DNA from: Octopus sinensis
Taxonomy: Eukaryota
DNA: 64,000 nucleotides
NCBI RefSeq assembly: GCF_006345805.1
Contig: NC_043000.1
Span: 126,170,001 to 126,234,000 of the forward strand
Direction: 5' to 3'
Both the position numbers and the translations under genes were made by a program. The notes under the pieces were generated by a model. That model saw only the letters and a program-made list of their open reading frames with translations, had not been told where the DNA came from and made no database searches. Every line of letters begins with the position of its first letter. Within the stretch, counting starts at the first letter, position 1. Below, piece after piece: positions 25,725 to 37,006 of this stretch.

Positions 25725-26337
25725 GTAGGCAACTCTATTTGAATCCAGTGCCATCATGTTTTAATGAGAGTCATCTATAGCTATCTTCCCAGTCACTTCC
25801 TTTTTTATTTTTTAAAGGAAAATATCCGGTGGATATTTTCCAACATCAGGGTCACCACTTTAGCGGGATTTTAGCACACTAATTTAATTTAATATTTGGT
25901 CATCCTTCGATCGCTGTTAGAATCAGTCCAGTGAGGAACGACAACAATTCGTGTGAGGTTTGTGAAGACTTCATGTGCATGAGGGATTTATTCCGATCCA
26001 GGATGAGAGCATTTACACAGCTTGAACATTTACATTCAATAGAACAGAATGGAATTTGAATAGGGAAATGTTTTCGTCTTGCCGCATTCTATGACTGGTG
26101 AAAGGGGATTAAAGAAAATTCAGTCAACGAGAAGTTGTCTTGTAGCAGGAACAAAGATGGAGAAACCGTGGCTAGCTGCAGGCAGTGTGTGAGAGAAAGA
26201 GGATGTTACCTGTCTGTGCATATCTTTTATAGCTATGAAACGAGTGCCATCTAGTTGCTAACGATGTGACAGGGAAGATAACTATAGATGACTTTCATTA
26301 AAACATGACGGCACTGAATTCAAATAAAATTGCCTAC
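25725..26337. mobile_element. Non-autonomous DNA element with ~73-bp TIRs, superfamily unassigned
   Basis: GTAGGCAACTCTATTTGAATCCAGTGCCATCATGTTTTAATGA.. is the reverse complement of ..TCATTAAAACATGACGGCACTGAATTCAAATAAAATTGCCTAC. Confidence 0.75.
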
Positions 26338-26949
26338 AGCCACATTACTATTTCCTATTTTTAGCATTTGGTTCAGTTTTAAATAATAATCAGATATTCT
26401 TTTATTCATTTATTCATTTCAGACATGCTGCTGCATTCAGATTGGAGCGCCACCATGATATGTCTGTAACATTAATATTCCTGTACGATCTTTTCTTTTA
26501 TTTGTATCTGTTTTACTATAAAGTTTATTCATTCATAAAATACTTGCAAGTCTAACACGTTTAATTCTTAATCTCTATTTACTTCTTTACAGAAGATATT
26601 GTGTCTAGTTAGTTCTCCTCTCTTCATGGGAGCCTTATCATATTTCCAAAGCTGGATTTCATATCAGTTTCCTAACTGAATTTGGACATCAGATACGAGC
26701 AGGAGCTTGTCTTTTTTAAAATACCTTTTGAGGTCTTCTATGTACAAAGAAGATTATTATTGGTTTGATTATTGTTCCATAGCACTTTTATCCAACTCTA
26801 GTTTGGTTTAGAAATTTTGTTCAAAATGTCAGCAGAGAGATGGAGAAAAGGAATTTCCTTGGAATACTCTTCTTTTTGAATTCTTTTGCTTGGACCTGTT
26901 ACAACTGTCTTCCATTTAGAGTAAACATTTATATGCTGACGGTGCTGCT

Positions 26950-27321
26950 TGCTTTATTTGTTTGTTTGTTGAGCGAAGCAGTCTTCGCCCTGGGAGAAGT
27001 CCGAAACGTGGTCCTTTGCTATTTGTAAGACCCGCAGAAGAGAAAGCAGGTCAACCCCTGACACCAAGAGCATCGATGGATGGATGAATTCGCATCCAGG
27101 CTCAGCGTTTGCATAGGAAGTCAGGGACAAGAAACAGTAAGAAAGAGAGAGAGAATGTTGGAGTGAAAGAGTACAACAGGGGTGCCCCCTCCCCTGCTGG
27201 AGCCTCGTGGAGTTTTAGGTGTTTTCGCTCAATAAACACACACAACAACCGTCTGGGAATCGAAACCACGATCCTCTGACCGCGAGTCCATTGCCCTAAC
27301 CACTGGGCCATTGCACCTCCA
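26950..27321 (-). mobile_element. tRNA-derived SINE, family C, with target-site duplication
   Basis: Head GGAGGTGCAATGGCCCAGTGGTTAGGGC..GGTTTCGATTCCC; flanking CT(G/A)ACGGTGCTGCT on both sides; relatives at 30000-30300, 40540-40790, 44640-44775. Confidence 0.8.
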
Positions 27322-28849
27322 CTAACGGTGCTGCTGGTACTCTGTCAGTTACAATGACAAGTGTTCCAGTTAATTCAATCAATGGATTAGCCTGCTCATG
27401 AAATTAATGAGCAAGTGGCTGAGTACTCCACAAACATGCATACCCTTAACATAGTTCTCAGGAAGTTTCAACATGACACAGAATGTGATAAGGCTAGCCC
27501 TTTGAACTACGGGTACAATGCATTCTTGCCAGCTGAGTGGATTGGTGCAATGTGAAATAAAGTGTTTGGTTCAAAGACACAACACACCATTGGATATCGA
27601 ACTCACAACCTTATGATTGTAAGCTGAATTCTCTAACTGCTAAGCCATGTACCTTGATGGGTGCTGATGTACTCTGTCTCTGAATGTAGGAGTCAACGTC
27701 TCATCAGGCAGTGAAGCCATTCAAGAATTTGGACCTGGAGATCTCCATTTCCAGCGACTTCGAGGGCCACTTCCCAGTGGTGTCGGGTGTCAACGAAGAG
27801 CCCTCGACTACAACAAGACGACCAAAGTTTTTTTTTTTTCCAAGGTCTGGGGTCTCCTGTCCCTAAGCCCTAGACCATCACCTAATCATCCTTACCCATC
27901 TTGTTGCCTAACAACAACAACAACAACAACAATAAGGCAGTGAAGCAATTTTGTAGACATTTCAGCCTCTTCCACCACGACATCAAAGCTACCTGGGACC
28001 ACCAACTAATGTAGGCAACAAAACTGCACAACAGTAAAAGCTTTGTTGAGTTAAATGTTGTGACACTGGACCAGATTGTTTTAATGTTCCTGTTTGCTAT
28101 TGGTACTACTTTACTTTTGTTTGCATGTTTCCAGGATCCACAAATGAGAACTCTACTAAAAAGCCTTTTGGTAATAATTCACACCATGGTCAAACCTTTT
28201 CTTCAGTTAAAGCTTTATTAATCAATGACTGTTCTTTACAAATCATTTAAGCTTTTACAACCTTTCTGGTCTGCTTGAAACATGCTGCTTTTTGAAAGGG
28301 GAACATTTACTTCTTGCAATAGGATTAATGTAAAGGTTTTATATAAAGCAATCAAGTTAGTTCTGTCAGCATCATCATCATCATCATCATTATTATTTTA
28401 CAGATGTTTTTCTATGCTGGCATGGATTGGAAGGTCTTCTCTAGAACTGTGTCTTGTCACTTGACGTGTGTCATCTCCTTTACATCCTGAGATAATCTTT
28501 TACAACTACTTCCCACACCTTGACCATTCTTCTTCCTCCCACTTGGATTACTTAATATTTCTTCTCATAATTTCTGCCTCCTATGGACAGAGCAGGATTG
28601 CAAGGGTGCAAAGTAAATATGAACTACTCAAACCCAGAGCCAACTCCCTGCCTTCAATCCCAGCAGACGACTAGTGCCCTGCCCCCACCTGCAGCAGAGC
28701 ATTCACAGCACACATCAGACTTAATCATCATAACCAGGCACACCATGTCCCATCTTCTTCTCCTATGTACTGTCGTTAGTCGTCATTGACAACAACAGAT
28801 GAACTAATTAATTAATTATCTTCTATATTAAGCAATCTTCTCTCCTGCA

Positions 28850-29800
28850 AACTAGTTTCAATTCCTCCAATGTGGATTTTTCTTTTTCAGGTGACTTGTA
28901 TTCTTTTGTTTAGATATGCTGACATGAGGTGTGATGATTCTACAGTGTTGGGGATTAAGATTTTTAATTTTTTCCCCCTTGTTTGGAGAGCCTTTATGTA
29001 TTGTTTCCACGTTTCCACAAATCATTGATTATCATTTCAATTACTTGTAGACACTGGTTTGATATTTTAGTCAGAAGTTAGATGCTTCTATAGCATCTGA
29101 GTTCTAGCAGATTATTTGTATTTTATAGTATTTAGGTCACTTTTTGTGTTGTTATTTATCCCCTGGTGCTGAACTTTTAGCAGTATTCTTGACCATTGTG
29201 ATGCATCTGTTCTCTATACTTCTTCCACAAAGTCTTTTACTTGTCTTGGAGATGACACTGCATTGATTTCTTCTTTGCTTTTACCTAATTCTTGGTAAAA
29301 TCATTTGTTATTGAACACAAACATTTTTCTTTTTTTCTTTGTTCAAGAAACCATTGCCAATTTTCATAATTGTAATTCAGCAAAGAACTCTTATCTTCAG
29401 CATTCTTTGATTTTATTCATTTATTTATATTTTCTTATTTGTATCCTTTTTTTCATTTGTGTGGTTTTCTTGTCAATCTCATCAACAATTGATAACAATT
29501 GATAGATCTTTTCTTTTATTGTGTATGTTTGAGTCTTTCTCTCTAGAAGTATGTATACAACATGGTTGGAGGTGATAGCCACTTTTCTTTGTAACTACTG
29601 TGACCACTATATTGAATTATCCTGTTAATATTAATGTTCACATCTTATTCTAGAATGACCCAGATTGTGTTCCTTTCTATCAGCTGATGATACTGTTTTA
29701 TTGTTTTTCTTATCTTTAGGAGGAATTTTTCTTGGTTCACAGAAAGATTTTCTCTCAATGTATCTATTGTCATTTATCATGAGGATTTAGTTCCACAAAA
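28850..29800 (-). mobile_element. Highly decayed non-LTR retroelement fragment
   Basis: Broken-frame remnants KSSAPGD and NPQHCRIIT resembling KAPGxD / NYRPIT motifs; strong strand-biased composition. Confidence 0.35.
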
Positions 29801-29849
29801 AAACAGTGATAAATGAATCATCTCTATGAACTTTGTAAATGGAATGAAT

Positions 29850-29965
29850 AGCAGAATCATGGATACCAGACTCTTGGCCCATAGCGGTGAAGCTATGACC
29901 ATCATGTATTTTCTTGATAATCTCTACCATTTCCTGTAGAGAATACAATCATCTGTGACATTTGT
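29850..29965 (-). mobile_element. Possible Gypsy integrase zinc-binding fragment
   Basis: SLQEMVEIIKKIHDGH..QES resembles the IL.KIH.GH..A.ESVWWP pattern. Confidence 0.3.
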
Positions 29966-29999
29966 ATTTTTTCTGTTTACTGGTTCCATGTTGATGGGT

Positions 30000-30300
30000 T
30001 TTTGTTCCTTCTCAAACCATGCCTAACTCATAAGGGCCAGTTTCCTGGTTTCCTTGGCGTATAGGTTCCCCACCTGGACGGGATGCCGGTCCGTCGCAGG
30101 TGAGCTGCAAGATGCAGGAGGAAAGAGTGAGAGAAAGTTGTGGCCAAAGAGTCAGCAGAAGTTCGCCATTACCTTCTGCCGGAGCCACGTGGAGCTTAGG
30201 TGTTTCGCTCATAAACGCACACACTGCCCGGTCTGAGATTCAAACCCGCGATCCCTCAACCATGAGTTCACTGCTCTAACCACTAGGCCATGTGCCTTCA
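30000..30300 (-). mobile_element. SINE family C-related copy with TSD
   Basis: tRNA-like head at the right end; CATGTTGATGGGT duplicated on both flanks. Confidence 0.8.
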
Positions 30301-30389
30301 CATGTTGATGGGTACAAGTACATGTTGGCACCCTTTTTTTCTCTCAAGAGACAATGGAGTTGCGCATAAACTAATCCAGTCTGGTTTTT

Positions 30390-30720
30390 ACATTTCATGT
30401 CCTCTCCAGTTTTGCACAGGCCTGTGCTAGATGTGAAAAAATCCTGGGTAGCCCAATCGTCAGGATTCCTCTTTCAACCTTGCTGACGTAGTCCAAAGGA
30501 GTGCAGAGCATTACGTTTGGCACCACCTTGGTTGCAGGAGCTGCCGGAATAGTGTTGAGTTGAACACTAAACCGCCCACGGGGCTCCACTCCGGATTTCT
30601 TTGAAGGTTGTCTCCTTTCCGTAACCCAGGATAGGGGCCCATACCGGGTACTGTCAGCCAGAGCCAGCTGAGCCCAGGACTCGTGTCAGGCAGGGTCATC
30701 ACTCCCTGAAGTAGGGAAGA
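30390..30720 (-). mobile_element. GC-rich repeat fragment, possibly a LINE (RTE-type) 5' region
   Basis: GC-rich island; GGAGTGGAGCCCC..TGGTGCCAAAC..CTTTGGAC resembles RTE 5' regions as recalled, not verified. Confidence 0.3.
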
Positions 30721-30912
30721 AAATCGCTACCCACTACCTATTACAAGAACATAAATTCACATAAAAAATATGAAGCCCCTCAGTACAGTGGTGTAAACTC
30801 ATGATAATCAGTATATTTTGAGTAGCTGAGCATTGTAGATGCAACAGAATCTTTAACTACCAGACCAGTGTTATCACAGATCATTCCATGATAAGCAGAA
30901 CATAGTTCACAA

Positions 30913-31145
30913 AGGCAGCGAGCTGGCAGAAACATTAGCATGCCGGGCGAAATGCTTAGTGGTATTTCCTCTGCCGTTACGTTCTGAGTTCAAATTCTGC
31001 TGAGGTCGACTTTGCTTTCATCATTTTGGGGTAGATAAATTAAGTACCAGTTATGCACTAGGGTCGATTTAATCCACTTAATCCCTTTGTCTGTCCTTGT
31101 TTGTCCCCTCTATGTTTAGCTCCTTGTGGGCTACAAAGAAATAAG
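30913..31145 (+). mobile_element. SINE family B (long tail) with TSD AGAACAT(A/G)GTTCACA
   Basis: Direct repeat on both flanks. Confidence 0.85.
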
Positions 31146-31732
31146 AACATGGTTCACAGTTGAGTGTACATGTCTTAAATCAGTAATAGATGCAGATGTG
31201 GATGTGTGGTAAGAAGTCTGCCTCCCAACCATATAGTTTCAGGTTCAGTCCCACTGCATGGCCCCTTGGGCAAATGTTTTCAACTTTAGCCTTGGGATGA
31301 CCAAAACCTAATGGATTTGGTAGACAGAAATTGAAAAAGCCTGGCATGTATGTATGTATGTATGTATGTGTGTGTATGTATGTGTGTATGTGTGTATATG
31401 TACGTGTGTGTCTTTGAGTCTGTGTTTGTCCCCCACCACTGCTTGACAATTAGTGCTGTTGTGTTTACATCCCCATAACTTGGTGGTTCAGCAAAAGAGA
31501 CCGATAGAATAAGTACCAGATTTTAACAAAATAAGTACTGGGGTTGATTCATTCGACTAAAAATTCTTCGAGGCAGTGCTCCAGCATGGCCACAGCCTAA
31601 TTACTGAAATAAGTAAAGGATAAAAGATAAAAGAAACTAGGTAACATGTATTAATTCTTTAATAATCTCCATCTTCAGATTACTATTATATTAAGATATT
31701 CCAACTTTAGGTTATTCAGCCTTTATATTATA

Positions 31733-32128
31733 CTAGCAGTATTGCCCAGCGTTGCTCGGGTTTGTAAGGGAAATAACTATAAAGCATTTTTAGAGAGTTA
31801 TAGCCAAAAAATAGCAAAAAAATGCATTAAAAATGGAAAAAATATGATGGTAAATTTTTTTTTAAATCGTTGACTCATCGTAGACATTTTTAGAGAGTTA
31901 CTTCCCTTATATTTAAAAAAAATATGCATTAAAATAGAAAAAAATGATGGTAAATTATTTTTAAAATCGTAGACTCATCGTAGACGCGCGCTAATACCCA
32001 GAAGGGCTCGATATGAATCCCGACTATAAGATACCCGGTTTTAGTTAAACTGCACCGCAAAATGTGGGAGTAGTTAGGAATCTAAATCGGAGTAGACAGA
32101 CACACAACCTTACTTTTATATATAAAGA
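31733..32128 (-). mobile_element. Non-autonomous Helitron
   Basis: Minus strand starts A|TC, ends hairpin CCCGAGCAACGCTGGG + CTAG|T; no TSD. Confidence 0.85.
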
Positions 32129-32169
32129 TATTTCTCATGTTCCATGGTAGAAAGGCAAGATTGTTGAAG

Positions 32170-32642
32170 TTGACTGACAGATTTAAAAAATAATTTTTTG
32201 TAACTAAACACTTTCAAACTTCGGACACTGGTAGAATGTGTCATATAAAACATCTTTTACTCTTAGCATTTTTGAGAAAAACTTATATTTACAAAGTAAT
32301 TCCATGTTAAAGTTTTTGTATTTCAGTAATTTCAACCCATCAATGATGTGTATTCAACTGAATAAAAATTACTGCTGTTGTTTGTCAACAACAACTATCG
32401 GCGGTGTATTTTTTGTTTGTCACTGTTATTTATGACATTGTTCGTGTGTTTATTCAGCTGAATACACATCATTGATGGGTTGAAATTACCGAAATAGGAC
32501 AACTTTAACGTGAAATTACTTTGTAAATATAAGTTTTTCTCAAAAATGCTAAGAGTAAAAGATGTTTTATATGACACATTCTACCAGTGTCCGAAGTTTG
32601 AAAGTGTTTAGTTACAAATAATTTTTTAAATCTGTAAGTCAA
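32170..32642. repeat. Foldback element: ~195-bp inverted arms with ~82-bp spacer
   Basis: Arms 32170-32366 and 32449-32642 are near-perfect reverse complements (mirror ORFs MSYKTSFTL.. on both strands). Confidence 0.95.
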
Positions 32643-32974
32643 AAGGTAAAGATCCGATAAACTTTTAGTATTTAGTTACACCCCTTTACATTCTGAGTTC
32701 AAATCCTGTCATATTCAACATTGTCTCTTATCTTCTTGAAGGTCATTAAAATAAAGTACTACTCAAGTATCAGGGTTGATGGTATCGACAAAAACCATCA
32801 TCACAAAATTGTTGGCCTTGTACCATAGTTTGAAAATTATTATTACCTCTGCCGTAGCAAAGCGGAGGTATTGTTTTCAGTTGTGTTTGTTTGTTTGTTT
32901 GTCAGTGGACAAGATATCTCAAGAACCGCTGATGGATTTGGATGGAACTTTCAGGGATGTTTACTAAGTTCATG

Positions 32975-33690
32975 TTCATACCATTTATCAGTATGGTCAA
33001 ATCCTTTTTTCTACATAACTCCTAGAGGATCACTCTCCCTAGGTTGTCATGCCTTTTCTTGAATTCTTTCTGTGCCAGCATGCTACATTCACTTACTATA
33101 TGAGTAATGTTTTCCTCTTTTGATTTCATAACCTACATTGGGAATCTACTTGGTATTTGTCTATCTTGGCGTTTATCCAATTTGTCCTTAATGCTTGATC
33201 ATGTGTTGCTACTAATAAACTTTCTGTTTCTCTTTTCAGCCTTCCTTTCTGTAACCATAACCTCGTCTCACTACTACTACTTCCTGCAACTATCTTTGGA
33301 AATCTACCATGCAAAACCTCCTGCCAGTCAGATAACTTTTGTTCTTTTTTCTGGTTTTTAACTTCTTTTTTTTTCCTTATATCTTGCTGTAACTCTAGCA
33401 GCTCTTAATAAACTTTCTTCACTATTACCTACATAGCTAACTCCACACTATTACCTACTCTAGCTAACTCCACACAGTCTTCTACTGATATTAGCTCTCT
33501 TCCACCTTCCCTTCTAGGTAAGTATAATCTTACTACTCCTGCTCTTGGATGGAATCCTCCATTCATATTGAATTCCTTCCTAGTTCATCTGTCTAGCTTT
33601 GCTAATTCAGTTTTTGTCCAATCTACAAAAGCTGCTAAGTATCTAAATAATGATACTGGCCAAGTATTTACAGCCTTCTCAATTTTCATT
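32975..33690 (-). mobile_element. R4/Dong-clade LINE internal fragment (post-RT region and CCHC knuckle)
   Basis: KAVNTWPVSLFRY..WTKTELAKLDR..RLYLPRREGGR..HGRF..WLQKGRLKRETESLLVATHDQALRTN..CRL..ENITHIVSECSMLAQKEFKKRHD. Confidence 0.85.
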
Positions 33691-33979
33691 TTCATTTCTA
33701 TAGTTAGTACTCTGTCAGATTCTAATACTATTATTATTGTTGTTGTTGTTGTTATTACTTTTTTTTTCATTCTTTCTTCAAATTTTCTTCCATTTCTCGC
33801 CGAGTGTTTTCCATACACCAAGGGCAGAGAAGCTCATTGTATGCATTCCCAGATTTCACAAGCAAATTCACAGGTAAAATATGTATTTTTAAAAAATTAA
33901 TAAACAAATAAATTCATGAATGGATGTTGTTTTTACAGCAATAATGCTCTTCTCAGTACATGAGTCATCATTATTATTA

Positions 33980-34302
33980 TTATAGCAAAAGGGGCTGATT
34001 GCTACCTAGCTCAGATACCAGAAACCCCAAAATGGCAGAAATTCAAAAGATAGTGCTCATGGGAACTGCCCATATCCTATGCAAAATACTTTCTATGTAA
34101 TCTCAAGTTTTAAAACAAACATAATTTTTTTATGCTTTCTTAAACATTCTCTAGAACAACACTGTGTACAAAACCAAATATATGGCACCCTAGGCATAAC
34201 ACCGACATGAACTTCCAACTTGTTGTCTCTTGAGGTCTCTAGGTGGGACTTGGAGCCAACTTGTCCAAATGTAAAGCAAAAGTCAAACATAGAATAATAA
34301 TG

Positions 34303-34335
<33 letters not shown>

Positions 34336-34350
34336 TAATAATAATAATAA
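33980..34350 (+). mobile_element. R4/Dong-clade LINE 3' end with (TAA)n tail
   Basis: ..AEIQKIVLMGTAHILCKILSM* followed by 3' UTR and a long TAA run. Confidence 0.8.
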
Positions 34351-34379
34351 TGATAGCAACATCAACAACAACAACATTG

Positions 34380-34520
34380 AAAAATACCTTAGGAATGAGA
34401 ACCCAGGTTCGAAATTTCTCCAAGACACCTGATGAAGGCTTGAGGGTATATCAGCTGAAACATTGAGTTAACAACAAATAAGATGAGGACAAATATCTGC
34501 CAAATGTAAATAATGTAAAT
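34380..34520 (+). mobile_element. Penelope-like remnant with hammerhead-like core
   Basis: GACAC-CTGATGA-AGGCT..AGCT-GAAA-CATT-GAGTT. Confidence 0.45.
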
Positions 34521-34729
34521 AATATTATATATCTGTTACAACCAATCTTACCAATTGGTTTCCTTCTAGGGATTCAGTCACCATATTTCATTCCATAATA
34601 GCTATCTCTGATGAGCATAGGGTTATGCAATCAGATTGTTACGTAACACTCCATTGAATAACTAGTGCACAACTGATTGGTTAGATCAGTCGTAATGGAC
34701 ATAAATACTGTACACTTTGGATAATAAAT

Positions 34730-34950
34730 ATCATCATCATCATCGTTTAACGTCTGTTTTCCATGCTAGCGTGGGTTGGACGGTTCAACTGGGGTCTGGG
34801 AAGCCAGGAGGCTGCATCAAGCTCCAGTTGATCTGGCAGTGTTTCTACAGCTGGATGCCCTTCCTAACACCAACCACTCCGTGAGTGTAGTGGGTACTTT
34901 TTATGTGCCACCGGTACAGGTGCCAGGGGAGGCAGGCAGCAGCCACAATC
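34730..34950 (-). mobile_element. RTE 3'-tail copy
   Basis: Matches 20190-20390; further tail copies at ~165-210, 1500-1560, 37155-37370, 39782-39848, 42575-42750, 51985-52175, 63725-63940. Confidence 0.85.
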
Positions 34951-35987
34951 AGTATACATACATACAGGGGGTCGCTGAAAATATATGTATATATATATAT
35001 ATATGTAAAATATAAGTATATATATTATTCTTTGTTTTCTTTTATTTGTTTCAGTCATTTGACTGCGGCCATGCTGGAGCACCGTTTTTAGTAGAAACAA
35101 ATCGACCCAAGGACTTATTCTTTGTAAGTGTAGTACTTATTTTATTGGTCTCTTTTGCTGAACCACTAAGTTACAAGGATGTAAAGAAACCAGCATCAGT
35201 TGTCAAGCGATGTTGGGGGACAAACACAGACATACAAACATATATATGACGGGCTTCTTTCAGTTTCCGTATACCAAATCCACTCACAAGGCTTTGGTTG
35301 GCCCGAGGCTATAGTAGAAGACACACCCTAATTACTGAACCTGTTTGAATGGCTAAGTTCACTTTTCAATTTTGAGGTCTTGAGTTCAATTTTACCATCT
35401 GGCACCTTAGGAAAATACTCCTTTTCTACAATCCCTGGTTAACCCATACTTGTGAGTGAGTAAAATTGGATGGTTTGCACCTGTAATTGAAAGGTACACC
35501 TTGTCAAATGCTATGTCATGCTGATTCTTATGTTAAGGGTACATATGTTAGATGGAAAGTTAAAGAAGCCCATCGTGTGTGTGTGTGTCCGTCCATATCT
35601 GTGTTTATCCCCCACCATCACTACTTGACAATTGTTACTGATGTGTTTATGTCCCTGTAACTTAGCAGTTTGGCAAAAGTGACCAATAGAATAAGTACGA
35701 GGATTGAAAAATAAAAAGTAAGCATTGGAGTCAATTCATTTGAATAAAAATTCTTCAAGGCGGTGCCCCAACATAGTTGTAGTCTAATGACTGCAACAAA
35801 TAAGGATGTCCGTGGAATACTCGACTGCTTACATGTTAATTCAGGGAGTAGGAACTGAGTTGATCAAACAACTCAATCCTCCTCATCCAAACCAAAGCAG
35901 AAACCTGCTTCTCTCTTTTATATATCTGAAGAACGATGTTGTTGGTGTGACACTTATTCCCCAGTTTAAAACTGTTTTATCAGCATA

Positions 35988-36499
35988 CTAGCAGTATCGC
36001 CCGGCGTTGCTTGGGTTTGTAAGGGAAATAACTATATAAGCATTTTTAGAGAGTTACTTCCCTTATAGATGCCAATTCGGGCTTTCTTAGCCATTTCTAT
36101 TTTGGTGTCTTCAAGCCATGAAGTCGTTGTTCTAAAAGAACGCTGGTCTCCTTGACAACGCTTTATGACGTTAATTTCCTTACACTCCCTTCCCCACAGC
36201 TTCACGAGGGAGGGAAGAAGGGGGAGAAGCAAACAGGTGCAGGTGTGACCATGAACGCCAACTCCGCCGCCATCGACACACGAAAAATTATGCATTAAAT
36301 GGAATAAAAAATGATGTTAAATTATTTTCAAAATTGTAGACTCATCGTAGACGCGCGCTAATACTCAGACGGGCTCGATATGAATCACGACTATAAGATA
36401 CCCGAATTTGGTTAAACTGCACCGCAAAATGTGGGAGTAGTTAGGAATCTAAATCGAAGGGGACAGACACTCACACAACTACAGTTTTATATATATAGA
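35988..36499 (-). mobile_element. Non-autonomous Helitron, copy A of tandem pair
   Basis: TC start, subterminal hairpin, CTAG|T end. Confidence 0.9.
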
Positions 36500-37006
36500 C
36501 TAGCAGTATCGCCCGGCGTTGCTCGGGTTTGTAAGGGAAATAACTATATAAGCATCTTTAGAGAGTTACTTCCCTTATAAATTCGGGCTTTCTTAGCCAT
36601 TTTTGTTTTGGTGTCTTCAAGCCATGAAGTCGTTGTTCTAAAAGAACGCTGGTTTTCTTGACAACGCTTTACGACGTTGATTTCTTTACACTCCCTTCCC
36701 CACAGCTTCACGAGGGAGGGAAGGGGGAGAAGCAAACAGGTGCAGCTGTGAGCGTGGACGCCAACTCCGCCGCCATCGACACACGATGCATTTTATGCAT
36801 TAAAATGGAATAAAAAATGATGTTAAATTATTTTTAAAAATCGTAGACTCATCGTTGACGCGCGCTAATACTCAGACGGGCTCGATATGTATCACGACTA
36901 TAAGATACCCGAATTTGGTTAAACTGCACCGCAAAATGTGGGAGTAGTTAGGAATCTAAATCGAAGGGGACAGACACTCACACAACTAGAGTTTTATATA
37001 TATAGA
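36500..37006 (-). mobile_element. Non-autonomous Helitron, copy B of tandem pair
   Basis: A|TC start at 37006, hairpin CCCGAGCAACGCCGGG, CTAG end joined directly to copy A. Confidence 0.9.

Noticed and set aside
27245-27322. tRNA-like sequence
   Set aside because: SINE head continuing into a SINE body with TSD; no complete cloverleaf seen
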